Notes: a model not told the origin generated them from the letters alone. 64,000 bases of DNA from an uncultured archaeon (GCA_964508365.1 CAZDTP010000013.1:8290-72289), one strand, 5' to 3'. Shown: positions 30,522-39,604, counted from the first letter of the stretch. Program-made: numbers and translations.

Positions 30522-30911
30522 TTATTTCATCTCCACGATACCTTCGTTACCATTAACAATTAAATATTGTCCAGTTTTAATATCATCAATATTAATCTTA
30601 TCCACGCATGGAATTTCACTGATTATACAACCGACTGCGATGATAGTATCGATTTCCTTATTTACAATTGCTACTGGAGCCGTATTATTTTTCTTCATTC
30701 GATACATCGTATAAGAACCTACTGTCGATCCTTTACCAGTAGGAAAAACTAATACTTTTCCAGTGATAATTTGACCCTCAAGTTCGTGACCCACTTCCAC
30801 CACTCTTCCAGTTTCGGGATCTACTCCACCATAAAATGAAATTCCATCTTTTGTTACTATCGCTTCTCCTTCGGCGACTCCCTTATATACCTTTCTTCCT
30901 TTTAACTTCAT
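30522..30911 (-). CDS. Phosphomevalonate dehydratase small subunit (AcnX swivel domain, DUF126)
   Basis: ISFYGGVDPETG and GKGSTVGS. Likely start is the ATG at 30911 (MKLKG), overlapping the upstream stop as ATGA. Confidence 0.88.
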   Translation of the reverse strand: MKLKGRKVYKGVAEGEAIVTKDGISFYGGVDPETGRVVEVGHELEGQIITGKVLVFPTGKGSTVGSYTMYRMKKNNTAPVAIVNKEIDTIIAVGCIISEIPCVDKINIDDIKTGQYLIVNGNEGIVEMK

Positions 30912-32101
30912 CTCGTCGCCTCCTCGATGCATTGTTCAATTGAGCCAATTTTTACTTTGAATTTGTTTTTTGCACGCCCGTAGTAACACGCTTTTGCTGA
31001 ATCCACCATAATTCCTTTGAATCGTCCCTTAATGGGTGCGACTACGCAACAGGTATCAGCAGCAAATTTAGCCCCTGCACCTTCAATAATTTTGGTGTAG
31101 CCTGCTTCATCTGCTATCTTTTTAGTTGGTCGAGCTGTGGTAATCCAGAATTCTTTTTTAACTTTCTTTCCCTCTAAGAGTTTTGCGAGATTAGCAATTT
31201 CGTGAATTGAAGCGTGCGGACAACCTATACTTACAAAATCGATTTCAATTCCATCGTCTATGAGTTCAGTACGAGCAAATTCTATCTCATTTTGATTTAT
31301 TTCAAACCTAACATCGCTTGGTTTTGGGTATTTAATATACTCAGGAGTAATGTCTTCCATGTGGAATAATGCTGTACCTCCATAAGTCGCAACTGAAGCA
31401 CAAAATGATTTGAGTTCTTCAACTGTAGCTGAGGGAATTCCCGTGATATAAGGAATTTTTTTCCCTAATTCAACTAGTTTATCACCAATTATTTTTCCCA
31501 GCACTCCAAATTCATCCGTACCTTTGACAGGAGCATTCACCGAGACTAAAACTTGACCATGGCGATTTTTATCTAAATGATAACCGTAGTTAGGCGTTCT
31601 TCCTGTTAAAGCGGCAGCCAATGCACTTGGTCCGCCTTCACGATTCGTTCGAGCACCTATAACCGAATTAGAATAACAAACAGCACTACTTTCAGCCCAA
31701 GCTATATGCTGTCCGTAATGAGGGGTGTTCCCTATAAGATATGGAGTGCAAGAACATGTGGTTATGATTCCCATTTTAGCAAAAGCATCGATAGCTCGAT
31801 TTTGATTGATTGCAAACTCTTCGTCTATTCCCAATACCTGCCAGTTTTCGCGATCCATTCCTGCCGGATTTAAAGTCGTTAAAACTTTTACTTTCCCATC
31901 TTCAGCCATTTCACTAAGAAATTCTAAACCAGCTTCTCCTAAATTAGCATACGATACGCCTGCTATTTGAACACCATGAACTTCAATCATATTTTCCGCT
32001 TCAAATATTTCACCTAGAGTGGTTAAAATCTCCATTGATTTTTGCGTAGCTTTACCGTATTTCCCTTCAAGCATATCTTTTTCTTCTTGATTTAGCTTCA
32101 T
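30908..32101 (-). CDS. Phosphomevalonate dehydratase large subunit (aconitase X, DUF521)
   Basis: AGVSY, SCTPY, AESSA, NSVIGARTNREGG, GCPH, DTC. Confidence 0.9.
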   Translation of the reverse strand: MKLNQEEKDMLEGKYGKATQKSMEILTTLGEIFEAENMIEVHGVQIAGVSYANLGEAGLEFLSEMAEDGKVKVLTTLNPAGMDRENWQVLGIDEEFAINQNRAIDAFAKMGIITTCSCTPYLIGNTPHYGQHIAWAESSAVCYSNSVIGARTNREGGPSALAAALTGRTPNYGYHLDKNRHGQVLVSVNAPVKGTDEFGVLGKIIGDKLVELGKKIPYITGIPSATVEELKSFCASVATYGGTALFHMEDITPEYIKYPKPSDVRFEINQNEIEFARTELIDDGIEIDFVSIGCPHASIHEIANLAKLLEGKKVKKEFWITTARPTKKIADEAGYTKIIEGAGAKFAADTCCVVAPIKGRFKGIMVDSAKACYYGRAKNKFKVKIGSIEQCIEEATR

Positions 32102-32113
32102 GTTTTTTAACTC

Positions 32114-33430
32114 CTATTTGGTAAAATATTTGTCAAGATTGACCTTAGGAAAGTCAACTCTCTCGAAACTTTTTCCTTTAGCGATCATAGGTTTCGTTAA
32201 ATCAAACCCTATTTTAGTCGTTAACTTTGTTCCTGGCTCTGCACTTGGGTCTAGACTACTCCCTGGTTCCTTATCTTTGATAATCATTCTAGTATCACCT
32301 TGAAACCTTGTAGCCATTGCCCATTCCACAGAAAGTGGATCATATATATCTATGTCTTTATCCACAATGAAAATGTGTTTGCAGCTTCCATGACCAGCAA
32401 ATGCACCATAAATCGCATTTTTCCCATCTTCTTCTGAAACTTTTTCAATTTGTACAATGGCATGTAGCCACGAACAACCCCCAGGATTCACATTAACATC
32501 TAAACATTTTACTCCAGTCTCGTTTACTTTATTAAAAATGGTTGGTTCACGAGGCATACCCATTAAAATCTTATGTTCGAGGGCACCAGGCAACAACGCT
32601 TGCCAGATAGCATCTTTTCTGTGTGTTATCTTTTTTACTTCGAAAACAGGTTCTTCTCTTATTACATCTAATGTTTCTGTTAAGTCTACAAATGGACCTT
32701 CAGCGTGCTTTTCTTCAAGTATGACCTTTCCCTCTAATATAAATTCGGCTTCAGCAGGAATTAGAAGATCTACAGATTGTGCTTTAACAAGGTTTAATGG
32801 TTCAAGAGCATTGGCTATTTTTAATTCGTCAAATCCTATATCTACTGAAGTAGCACCAGCAATCAGAACATTTGGAGTGTTACCTATACAAAAAGCCACC
32901 TCTACCTCTCCGTTCTTTTCTAAGAATGTATGGAAATTCCGCCCTCGAACTATTCGAATGGCAAATTTATCTTTCGAAAATTGCATGGCTCGATGAAAAT
33001 CCAAGTTTTGGCCGTAATCGGGATCTTTTGTAACAACTACAGCTGAACTAATGTAATTTCCACCGTCACGATCGCAATGATACAATATTGGAATTTTATC
33101 TAAATCAACATTTGGTTCTATTATTTCTTGACAAGGTGCATTTCTTATAACCTCTGGCTCTGAACTCTCTAATATTGCTCTCGAAAGCATCGGAATTAAG
33201 TCCGTTGGAGATACATTGAAATAGGACGCAATAACATTTTTAGTGCAGAAAACATTACCAACTACTCGAAAGTCTGATTCTTTAACTTTATTAAACATTA
33301 CAGGAATAGGTTCCATTTCCTTTAGTATTCCAGAAATCTCTAATTTTTTCGTAACTTCAATATCTACTTTTTTTAGTAGCCCTTTCTCATCTAGACTTTC
33401 CAAATAATCTCTAAAACCCATACTTCTCAT
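32114..33430 (-). CDS. UbiD-family decarboxylase (anhydromevalonate phosphate decarboxylase by context)
   Basis: EGPFVD, VDKDIDI, EWAMATRFQ, SSLDPS, KIGFDLT; flanked by AcnX genes with ubiX nearby. Confidence 0.88.
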   Translation of the reverse strand: MRSMGFRDYLESLDEKGLLKKVDIEVTKKLEISGILKEMEPIPVMFNKVKESDFRVVGNVFCTKNVIASYFNVSPTDLIPMLSRAILESSEPEVIRNAPCQEIIEPNVDLDKIPILYHCDRDGGNYISSAVVVTKDPDYGQNLDFHRAMQFSKDKFAIRIVRGRNFHTFLEKNGEVEVAFCIGNTPNVLIAGATSVDIGFDELKIANALEPLNLVKAQSVDLLIPAEAEFILEGKVILEEKHAEGPFVDLTETLDVIREEPVFEVKKITHRKDAIWQALLPGALEHKILMGMPREPTIFNKVNETGVKCLDVNVNPGGCSWLHAIVQIEKVSEEDGKNAIYGAFAGHGSCKHIFIVDKDIDIYDPLSVEWAMATRFQGDTRMIIKDKEPGSSLDPSAEPGTKLTTKIGFDLTKPMIAKGKSFERVDFPKVNLDKYFTK

Positions 33431-33509
33431 CTCTTATAATTGTTTAGCGTGATTGTTAAATAATTAATTAAATTTTATTAGAACTATTTGTGATACACTT
33501 TTTATAAAA

Positions 33510-34802
33510 CTAAAGGTTTTTACTTTTGGTAATTAACTCAATAATCTCTTTTGCATAATCTACTCTTATTTTTTTATCTTTTACCATCATCTTTGCTACT
33601 TCTTCAATAATATCCTCTGGTGCACCCGCTAATTTCGCGATATTTCTAGAATGTAACGACATATGACCTTTTTGGATGCCTTCCGAGGCTAAAGCTCTTA
33701 AGGCACCTACATTCTGAGCGAGTCCAAGAGCAGCAGCCACTTGAGCAAGTTCTCCCGAACTTTCAACTTTTAAGATTTTCAATGCTAAACGCGCCATTGG
33801 ATGGTTTCTTGTAGTTCCCCCAATTATCCCTAAAGCAAGAGGAATTTCTATTTCTCCTACTAAATTTCCCTCAGAATCTAAATCAAACTTCGTCAAGGGT
33901 TTATAATTACCACTTAAAGACGCATACGCGTGAGCTCCTGCTTCAATAGCTCTGGTGTCATTTCCAGTCGCTAAAGCTAAAGCAACAACTCCATTCATTA
34001 TCCCCTTATTGTGCGTAGTTGCTCGATAAGGATCTGCTACTGCGAATTCGTAGGCATTTAAAATTCCTTCTACAACTTCTTCTCCCCCTAAGAGATTCTT
34101 ATCAAAAATGGCTCTAGATTTTGCAATTCGATGTGTAGTTAAATTGGATACAATTCGTAAATATATTTTGGCTTTACATAGATCCTCAATATATGGACTA
34201 ACAGCTTCAGCCATGGTATTTACTACATTAGCACCCATAGCATCACGCACATCAACAAGGAGATGAAGAATTAGCATTTTCCCTTTCCTTGTTTCTATTT
34301 CTCTCACTTCAAGATCTTTTGCACCCCCTCCGAGCTGATTAAGTAGAGGATCTTGCTCGTTTGCAATGCTTAAAATCTTTTCTTTATTTTTCGCTATAAT
34401 TTCTTTTGCATTATCGATATCTTTTAGCTTAGTTAGCTGAATTTGAGAGATCATAATGGATTTTACCTCATCTGACTTAAAACCACCGTTTTCTCTCGCT
34501 ATCTTTGCAATTTTTGATGCAGCGGCTACAACTGAGGGTTCTTCAATAACCATAGGGATGAGATAGTCTTTACTATTTATCTTAAAATTAAAAGCGATTC
34601 CCAATGGTAGTTGATAACTTCCTACCACATTTTCTATTAAGCGATCAATTTGAGATGATGAAAAATATCCTAATGTCTTCATCAATTCAAATTCTTCTTG
34701 ATTTAAATTTAGCAGCTTAACTAATCGGCGCTGCCTCTCCTCTAAGGACAATTTATAGAAACCTGAAATATCTGAACTAAAATCAGTCAACTCATCTTTC
34801 AC
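33510..34802 (-). CDS. mvaA: HMG-CoA reductase, class II
   Basis: ENVVG, EEPSVVAA, DAMGAN, THNKGIMNG, GIQKGHMSLH. Confidence 0.92.
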   Translation of the reverse strand: MKDELTDFSSDISGFYKLSLEERQRRLVKLLNLNQEEFELMKTLGYFSSSQIDRLIENVVGSYQLPLGIAFNFKINSKDYLIPMVIEEPSVVAAASKIAKIARENGGFKSDEVKSIMISQIQLTKLKDIDNAKEIIAKNKEKILSIANEQDPLLNQLGGGAKDLEVREIETRKGKMLILHLLVDVRDAMGANVVNTMAEAVSPYIEDLCKAKIYLRIVSNLTTHRIAKSRAIFDKNLLGGEEVVEGILNAYEFAVADPYRATTHNKGIMNGVVALALATGNDTRAIEAGAHAYASLSGNYKPLTKFDLDSEGNLVGEIEIPLALGIIGGTTRNHPMARLALKILKVESSGELAQVAAALGLAQNVGALRALASEGIQKGHMSLHSRNIAKLAGAPEDIIEEVAKMMVKDKKIRVDYAKEIIELITKSKNL

Positions 34803-35013
34803 TCCTTTATTAATTATAATTGTATCTACCGCTTCTTCTAATCGTTATATTTTAATTTAAATGTGATTGTTTATTAATGATTACACGAGTTTTTATAAGA
34901 AAAATATTGAAAGAAAAAACACAATTAGGAACAATGATTATTAGATAAAAAAATTTTTTTTTTTACTTAATGGAAGAGATGGATGGTTTGGAAATAATGA
35001 TTTTCAAGACGAG

Positions 35014-35280
35014 TTGGATGCGTTTAACGAGAGAAGGGATTATATGAAATCGCAAGGATCTGACGAATTTATAGAACAATTTTATGAATCTGCGTATAAT
35101 AGGTTCTATTTGAACTTTCCGCACGGATATTCGAGAAACATCGCGAACGGCGACGGCTTCTACTCAATGGTCGAACCTCACCCATGGTTAGGAGACCTAA
35201 AGATGTTTATAGACGTTGATTTAATTGGATATTCTCGTATTGACATTACTAACGAATATTGGGACTTTTTCTTGCGATAG
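35014..35280 (+). CDS. Small hypothetical protein (start uncertain)
   Basis: The frame is open from 34945; the TTG start is the ORF-track choice. No family recognised. Confidence 0.45.
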   Translation: MDAFNERRDYMKSQGSDEFIEQFYESAYNRFYLNFPHGYSRNIANGDGFYSMVEPHPWLGDLKMFIDVDLIGYSRIDITNEYWDFFLR

Positions 35281-35310
35281 TAAACCTAAAGTCTGGTTAC
35301 ATTTAAATAC

Positions 35311-35712
35311 TTGAGCCGAGATAATATTCTTATGAAAAAGAAAAAAATTATTGCCTATAAGGACGAGCGAATCAAAAAAATCGCAATTAACCTAAGGAAG
35401 CTTTTAAGAGATGTAGTATTAGACTATGATTCCAGATTAGGGGATCTCTCTTTGAAGGCGTGGAAACAGCAGAATAAGAGTAAATCACAATCCATTCAAG
35501 AGCAGAGAGAAGAGTTATTAAGAGCACTGAGCAAGTCTATATGCATGTGTCCAACATGCAGAAAGTCTGATAGGGACATGATTTTCAATCCATTCGTAGA
35601 GAAATGGTGGTGCGCACAGTGTTATCAAGACATGAAAGATACTTACCTTAACGATAAATCCTTTTTTGAGGAAGAAGGCGAAGAAGAATACTACAAGACG
35701 TTTACGCTCTAA
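35311..35712 (+). CDS. Hypothetical protein with CxxC...CxxC zinc finger
   Basis: CPTC...CAQC, acidic C-terminus. Confidence 0.6.
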   Translation: MSRDNILMKKKKIIAYKDERIKKIAINLRKLLRDVVLDYDSRLGDLSLKAWKQQNKSKSQSIQEQREELLRALSKSICMCPTCRKSDRDMIFNPFVEKWWCAQCYQDMKDTYLNDKSFFEEEGEEEYYKTFTL

Positions 35713-35752
35713 TCTTTTTCTCTAATCTTTTTTGCGATTTTTTTGACTTTTT
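35713..35752 (+). terminator. U-rich terminator-like tract
   Basis: Several consecutive T5-T6 runs directly after the stop codon. Confidence 0.4.
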
Positions 35753-35842
35753 ACATAAAAATCTTGAAAAAAAAAGCTATTCTAACATTTACCATTCCTA
35801 CTAAACCAATTATAAAAATTTCGCTAATGCATGAATCCCATC

Positions 35843-37477
35843 TTAATAGATATTCTGCACAGGATAATACAAAGGGCTCCAGTTTATCAACCCGATTGCG
35901 TTGAAGTTTGTCTCTTCTTTATTTACAAGACGCCTGATCTCGTATTCTAAGCAAGAACCTGATTTTACATCTCCCGCAATCCTTACTAAACCATTATAAA
36001 GGTAGTTAAGGTTGTTTTCGTTAGGGTTTTTAATCGGTTCGGACTCTAACACCGCATATAATGGAAAGAACTTTTCGTGGAATCCCGTATGACCCTTTGG
36101 GCAATGGTTTAAGCCTTCGATGTTAGGTAAAATGCACCCTTCGTCGCAGAAACGAAGCGTAAAGCCACGATTGTTATTATTTTCGTGCTCGACAATTTTG
36201 CCTAACACTGTTTTCGGAATGAATTCGCCTGCTTTTATTTGTTCGTACTCACGGATGGTTTTTAACTCCTTATTGTTGATAAAATCGCTAATTAGAGGGT
36301 GTTGTCTTACGATTTTTTTAAATCCCTTTTTGAATTTTAGCAGACCAGAAATACAAGTGGCTCCTGAACCGTAAGAGCCGAAGTAGATGACGTCCCCTAC
36401 GCGAGAATATTCTTCCGCGATGAAAAGGCATTGAGCCCAGATACTCGCATTATACATATTTCCAAAATGAGAAGGAACCCTTAACTGTGGAAGCACTTTT
36501 TCTGTGAAATTCCCTATAAGTTTATGTGAGATATTTTCCAATGTTTCCGATGAATAACCTCTCTCTTTTAACTTCAAATATAACCACTCAGGTAAAACTG
36601 TAATGTCGTGCATAAACGCATCGAGTTTCTTAAGTATGGAAGATTTTATGTGATTCATATTTATTTTTGGAAGATCATTGATATGTCTTATCCAGCGTTT
36701 TTGAATTATCTCTTGCATGCATTTAATAGGTAACTTTGAGAAAGGGGCGTGAAACGTATAATAATCTGCGTGGAAATCGCCAATATTATTTACCAAATCG
36801 TCATAAGCTTTTAATTGGAAATCAAGATATGTCTTTACTGAATAGTGACCAAAGGCTTTAGCGTTTTTTTCGTTAGCAGCGCGGAAAAAATCGTCAACAT
36901 TTCCCGATACCTTACCGAACTTCTCACTGAAAGTAGCAACTCTAGGGTTCTTTGAAATTACTAAAGCAACCGCTCCTGAGCCTTGAGTTGCTTCGCTTGG
37001 AGATCCCAGGTGATAGGAGGATATATCTGCGCTTATGACAAGCGCTTTTTTTATTATGTCTTTTTCGACTAAAGCAATAGCATTGAGGAGGGCTAGTGTA
37101 CCTCCAGCGCAGGCGTTGTATGAATCCATCGTAAGCGCGTTGGGCGATATCTCTAACAATTCGGCGAAGATGTTCGCAACCGACTTCACAGCATAGGTAA
37201 TGGTTTCCGTTCCTACAAATAACGCATCTATGCTTTTAGGAGATATCCCCCCCTTTATTAGTGCTTGATATCCTGCTTTTAATCCCAACGAAATGATATC
37301 CTCGTTAACTTCGGGCACTCTCATTTCGTGAACCATCAATCCTTTCTGAAATTTCCCCGGATCAACATTCCGCTGTAGAGCTAAGTCGTTTAACTTTATG
37401 TAGTATTTTGGTGCGTAAAAACCTACGCTATCGATACCAATGTTCCCAAACAAATAATCATTGCCAATCATAAGCAA
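35843..37477 (-). CDS. HMG-CoA synthase with C-terminal DUF35-like (Zn-ribbon/OB) extension
   Basis: GTET (catalytic Glu), NACAGG (Cys), FHAPF (His), GNMY, GSYGSG; ~110 extra C-terminal residues with C-x3-C-x10-C-x3-H. Confidence 0.88.
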   Translation of the reverse strand: MLMIGNDYLFGNIGIDSVGFYAPKYYIKLNDLALQRNVDPGKFQKGLMVHEMRVPEVNEDIISLGLKAGYQALIKGGISPKSIDALFVGTETITYAVKSVANIFAELLEISPNALTMDSYNACAGGTLALLNAIALVEKDIIKKALVISADISSYHLGSPSEATQGSGAVALVISKNPRVATFSEKFGKVSGNVDDFFRAANEKNAKAFGHYSVKTYLDFQLKAYDDLVNNIGDFHADYYTFHAPFSKLPIKCMQEIIQKRWIRHINDLPKINMNHIKSSILKKLDAFMHDITVLPEWLYLKLKERGYSSETLENISHKLIGNFTEKVLPQLRVPSHFGNMYNASIWAQCLFIAEEYSRVGDVIYFGSYGSGATCISGLLKFKKGFKKIVRQHPLISDFINNKELKTIREYEQIKAGEFIPKTVLGKIVEHENNNNRGFTLRFCDEGCILPNIEGLNHCPKGHTGFHEKFFPLYAVLESEPIKNPNENNLNYLYNGLVRIAGDVKSGSCLEYEIRRLVNKEETNFNAIGLINWSPLYYPVQNIY

Positions 37478-37846
37478 TCCACTTCGAATTTCTCAATAAA
37501 TATTGTAATTTAAACGAGATTAAATTATTTCCTCTTAAAACAGATAAATTATTTCAACTATTTGATAAATAATTTTGATTTACTAAAATAGTCTTCTAGT
37601 TAAATGTTATTAATATTAAGCAAGGTGGTTATTTAAAAATTCCTCGTTCTTTACTACTTTCAACAGTTCATACTCGGAATGATATTGTTTAAGTAATGAC
37701 AAGAAGTATTTTCTCGTGTTGTGTATTTAAAAGAGTATTTCAGTCTAAAACTCAAGTTTTTTATTTCATTTTTTTTTGGTTGGGGTTGATCTAGTCAAAT
37801 TCTGCATCTTTTTTCTTTCATCAATAATAGAAGAATTATTACATTA

Positions 37847-38356
37847 TTATTCTTGATTTTTATTTCTGTTTCTTATCTTCTTTTTAAAATCATCCCAAGA
37901 AGATACAAGTAGATTTTTCGTTTCAGGAATTTTCTTTAAAATATTTTTTAATTCAACATCTTCACTTAGAAAGACACCTTCTAATGCCACTGCAGTTGCA
38001 GCTATCCAGCAATCCATAAAATCAGGATGTCCAGAATGTCTTATAATTGAAGCAATCATACTTGCTTTTGGATTTAGTTCACAATTAAAAATATTTATCG
38101 GAAAATTAAGTAAAGTTGGGAGAATCATTTGATATCTGTTTAAAATGCTGAAATCGTTTGTTTTTTTATACGCATTTATTAATTTAAAAATAGTCTCTAT
38201 CAGACATATTGATGGTAAATAAACATCATAACCTTTTATCTCATTCTTCCAAATTTGTTTGAGATCGCTCTCGAAATCATCATCCATCTTAATTTTTATG
38301 CCAAATAAAGGTAAGATAAAAGTTGTATCAAGAATGAGTGATTTAGTGTTCATCAT
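37847..38356 (-). CDS. vapC: PIN-domain toxin (VapC)
   Basis: ILDTT, LIE, DFMDCWIAATA, LSED acidic tetrad; overlaps the AbrB-type gene. Confidence 0.85.
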   Translation of the reverse strand: MMNTKSLILDTTFILPLFGIKIKMDDDFESDLKQIWKNEIKGYDVYLPSICLIETIFKLINAYKKTNDFSILNRYQMILPTLLNFPINIFNCELNPKASMIASIIRHSGHPDFMDCWIAATAVALEGVFLSEDVELKNILKKIPETKNLLVSSWDDFKKKIRNRNKNQE

Positions 38357-38603
38357 TAGTTAATTTCTCCTGCATCTTTCTCTGCTCTTCAATATCCTTT
38401 TCAATGCTTGCTGGAGTTCCTGTAGCAATAACGACCATGTTTAACGCCTCTTCGATTGAATAGATCTTCTTGATGATTAATTCACCTTTAAAAGCCTCAA
38501 TAAAAACCTCATCTCCTGGTTTAATACCAGCTATATCTCTTAACGGTTTTTTTGGCAAAATTTCTCCTTTTTTTCCGACGATTGTTTTATCTTGTATTGT
38601 CAT
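38343..38603 (-). CDS. vapB: AbrB/MazE/SpoVT-family antitoxin (VapB)
   Basis: VGKKGEI..KPLRDIAGIKPGDEV...GELIIKK. Confidence 0.82.
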   Translation of the reverse strand: MTIQDKTIVGKKGEILPKKPLRDIAGIKPGDEVFIEAFKGELIIKKIYSIEEALNMVVIATGTPASIEKDIEEQRKMQEKLTNDEH

Positions 38604-38848
38604 AAAGATAGTATGTTTTTCTGAATATTTAATTTTTTTCAGAAAATTTCTAGGTCAAGAATTTTTTTCTAGGAAGGGATCTTACGGAAAAAGGAGATAA
38701 TTATTATTCATAAAAAACAGATTGTAAGAGAGATATCTAATATTTTGACTGTTCTACATAGAAATCAAAATTATAATATGGTATTCACAATAATTATAAT
38801 TATATAAGCAGTCTTCATCGTAAAAATCTCTTTAAGAGTTATGACATC

Positions 38849-39604
38849 TTGGAAGAATTGAAAGACATAGCAGAAAAAAAATTGCCCAAACATGTTGGTT
38901 TAATTTTGGACGGAATTTAGAAGTGCTTTCCACTTTTAAACGGTAACCGCCGTTGGGCAGCAAAAAATCTGTTTGGTATTAATGTTGGTCATCTTATTGG
39001 GTACCAAAATTTAAGAGAAAGGCTTTTCGATTTTTTTGAAGCAGGCATACGTTATTTAAGCATCTATGCCTTGTCGCTAGAGAACTTAAAAAAAAGAAGC
39101 GAAGCGGAGATTAAGTATATTTTTGGAATTATTTTAGATGCAGTTGACTCAGTCGTAAAGGAAGCAACTGTTAAAGAAGAGAAAGTGAATTTTAATGTAA
39201 TCGGACGTATTCATTTATTACCTGAGGAAGTTAGAAATAAAATTGAAGAGTTAATTGATTTTACTAAAGATAACGATAAGAATTTCATTAATTTATGTAT
39301 AATGTACGATGGACAAGAAGAGATCGTAGATGCAGTAAAAGAAATTATTAAAAATGGTATTAAAGAAGAAGAAATTAATAGAGAGGCTATTAAAAAACAC
39401 CTCTATACTCGAAAATTTCCTGAAGTAGATTACATCATACGGACGGGAATGGAAGATGGTGCAAGGATTTCAGGTTTTTTATTATGGGATGCATCTTACG
39501 CAGAATTCAAGTTTAGAACGGATTTATGGCCTGATTATAGTAAAGAGATGGTTATAGAAGATTTAAAAGATTTTTCTAATAGAGTTAGAAGAAAGGGAAA
39601 GTAG
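38849..39604 (+). CDS. uppS: cis-Prenyltransferase (undecaprenyl/dolichyl diphosphate synthase), interrupted by a 30-nt in-frame insertion containing TAG
   Basis: PKHVGLILD-[insertion]-GNRRWA, YALSLEN, YDGQEEI, IRTG, RISGFLLW, WPD, all in one frame. The ORF track only caught 39071..39604. The start (TTG 38849) is uncertain; the frame is open from 38777. Confidence 0.85.
38916..38945 (+). other. Candidate bulge-helix-bulge (BHB)-type mRNA intron or 30-nt hairpin insertion
   Basis: TTTAGAAGTGCTTTCCACTTTTAAACGGTA; contains in-frame TAG 38918-38920 and a 9-10 bp stem; removal gives GAC GGA AAC CGC CGT TGG = DGNRRW. The insertion itself is certain; the intron interpretation is inferred. Confidence 0.55.

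Noticed and set aside
34951-34964. Programmed frameshift or phase variation at the T11 run
   Set aside because: No upstream ORF with a credible start feeds into it; homopolymers are common in this AT-rich DNA.
38918-38920. Pyrrolysine or other read-through of the uppS TAG
   Set aside because: Read-through would leave ten extra residues inside the DGNRRW diphosphate-binding motif, which is unlikely to be functional. No pyl genes are in the window, and both MttB genes are Pyl-free.
38912-38941. The 30-nt hairpin as a CRISPR repeat (reverse complement begins GTTTAAAAG)
   Set aside because: I found only a single copy, with no spacers and no cas genes.
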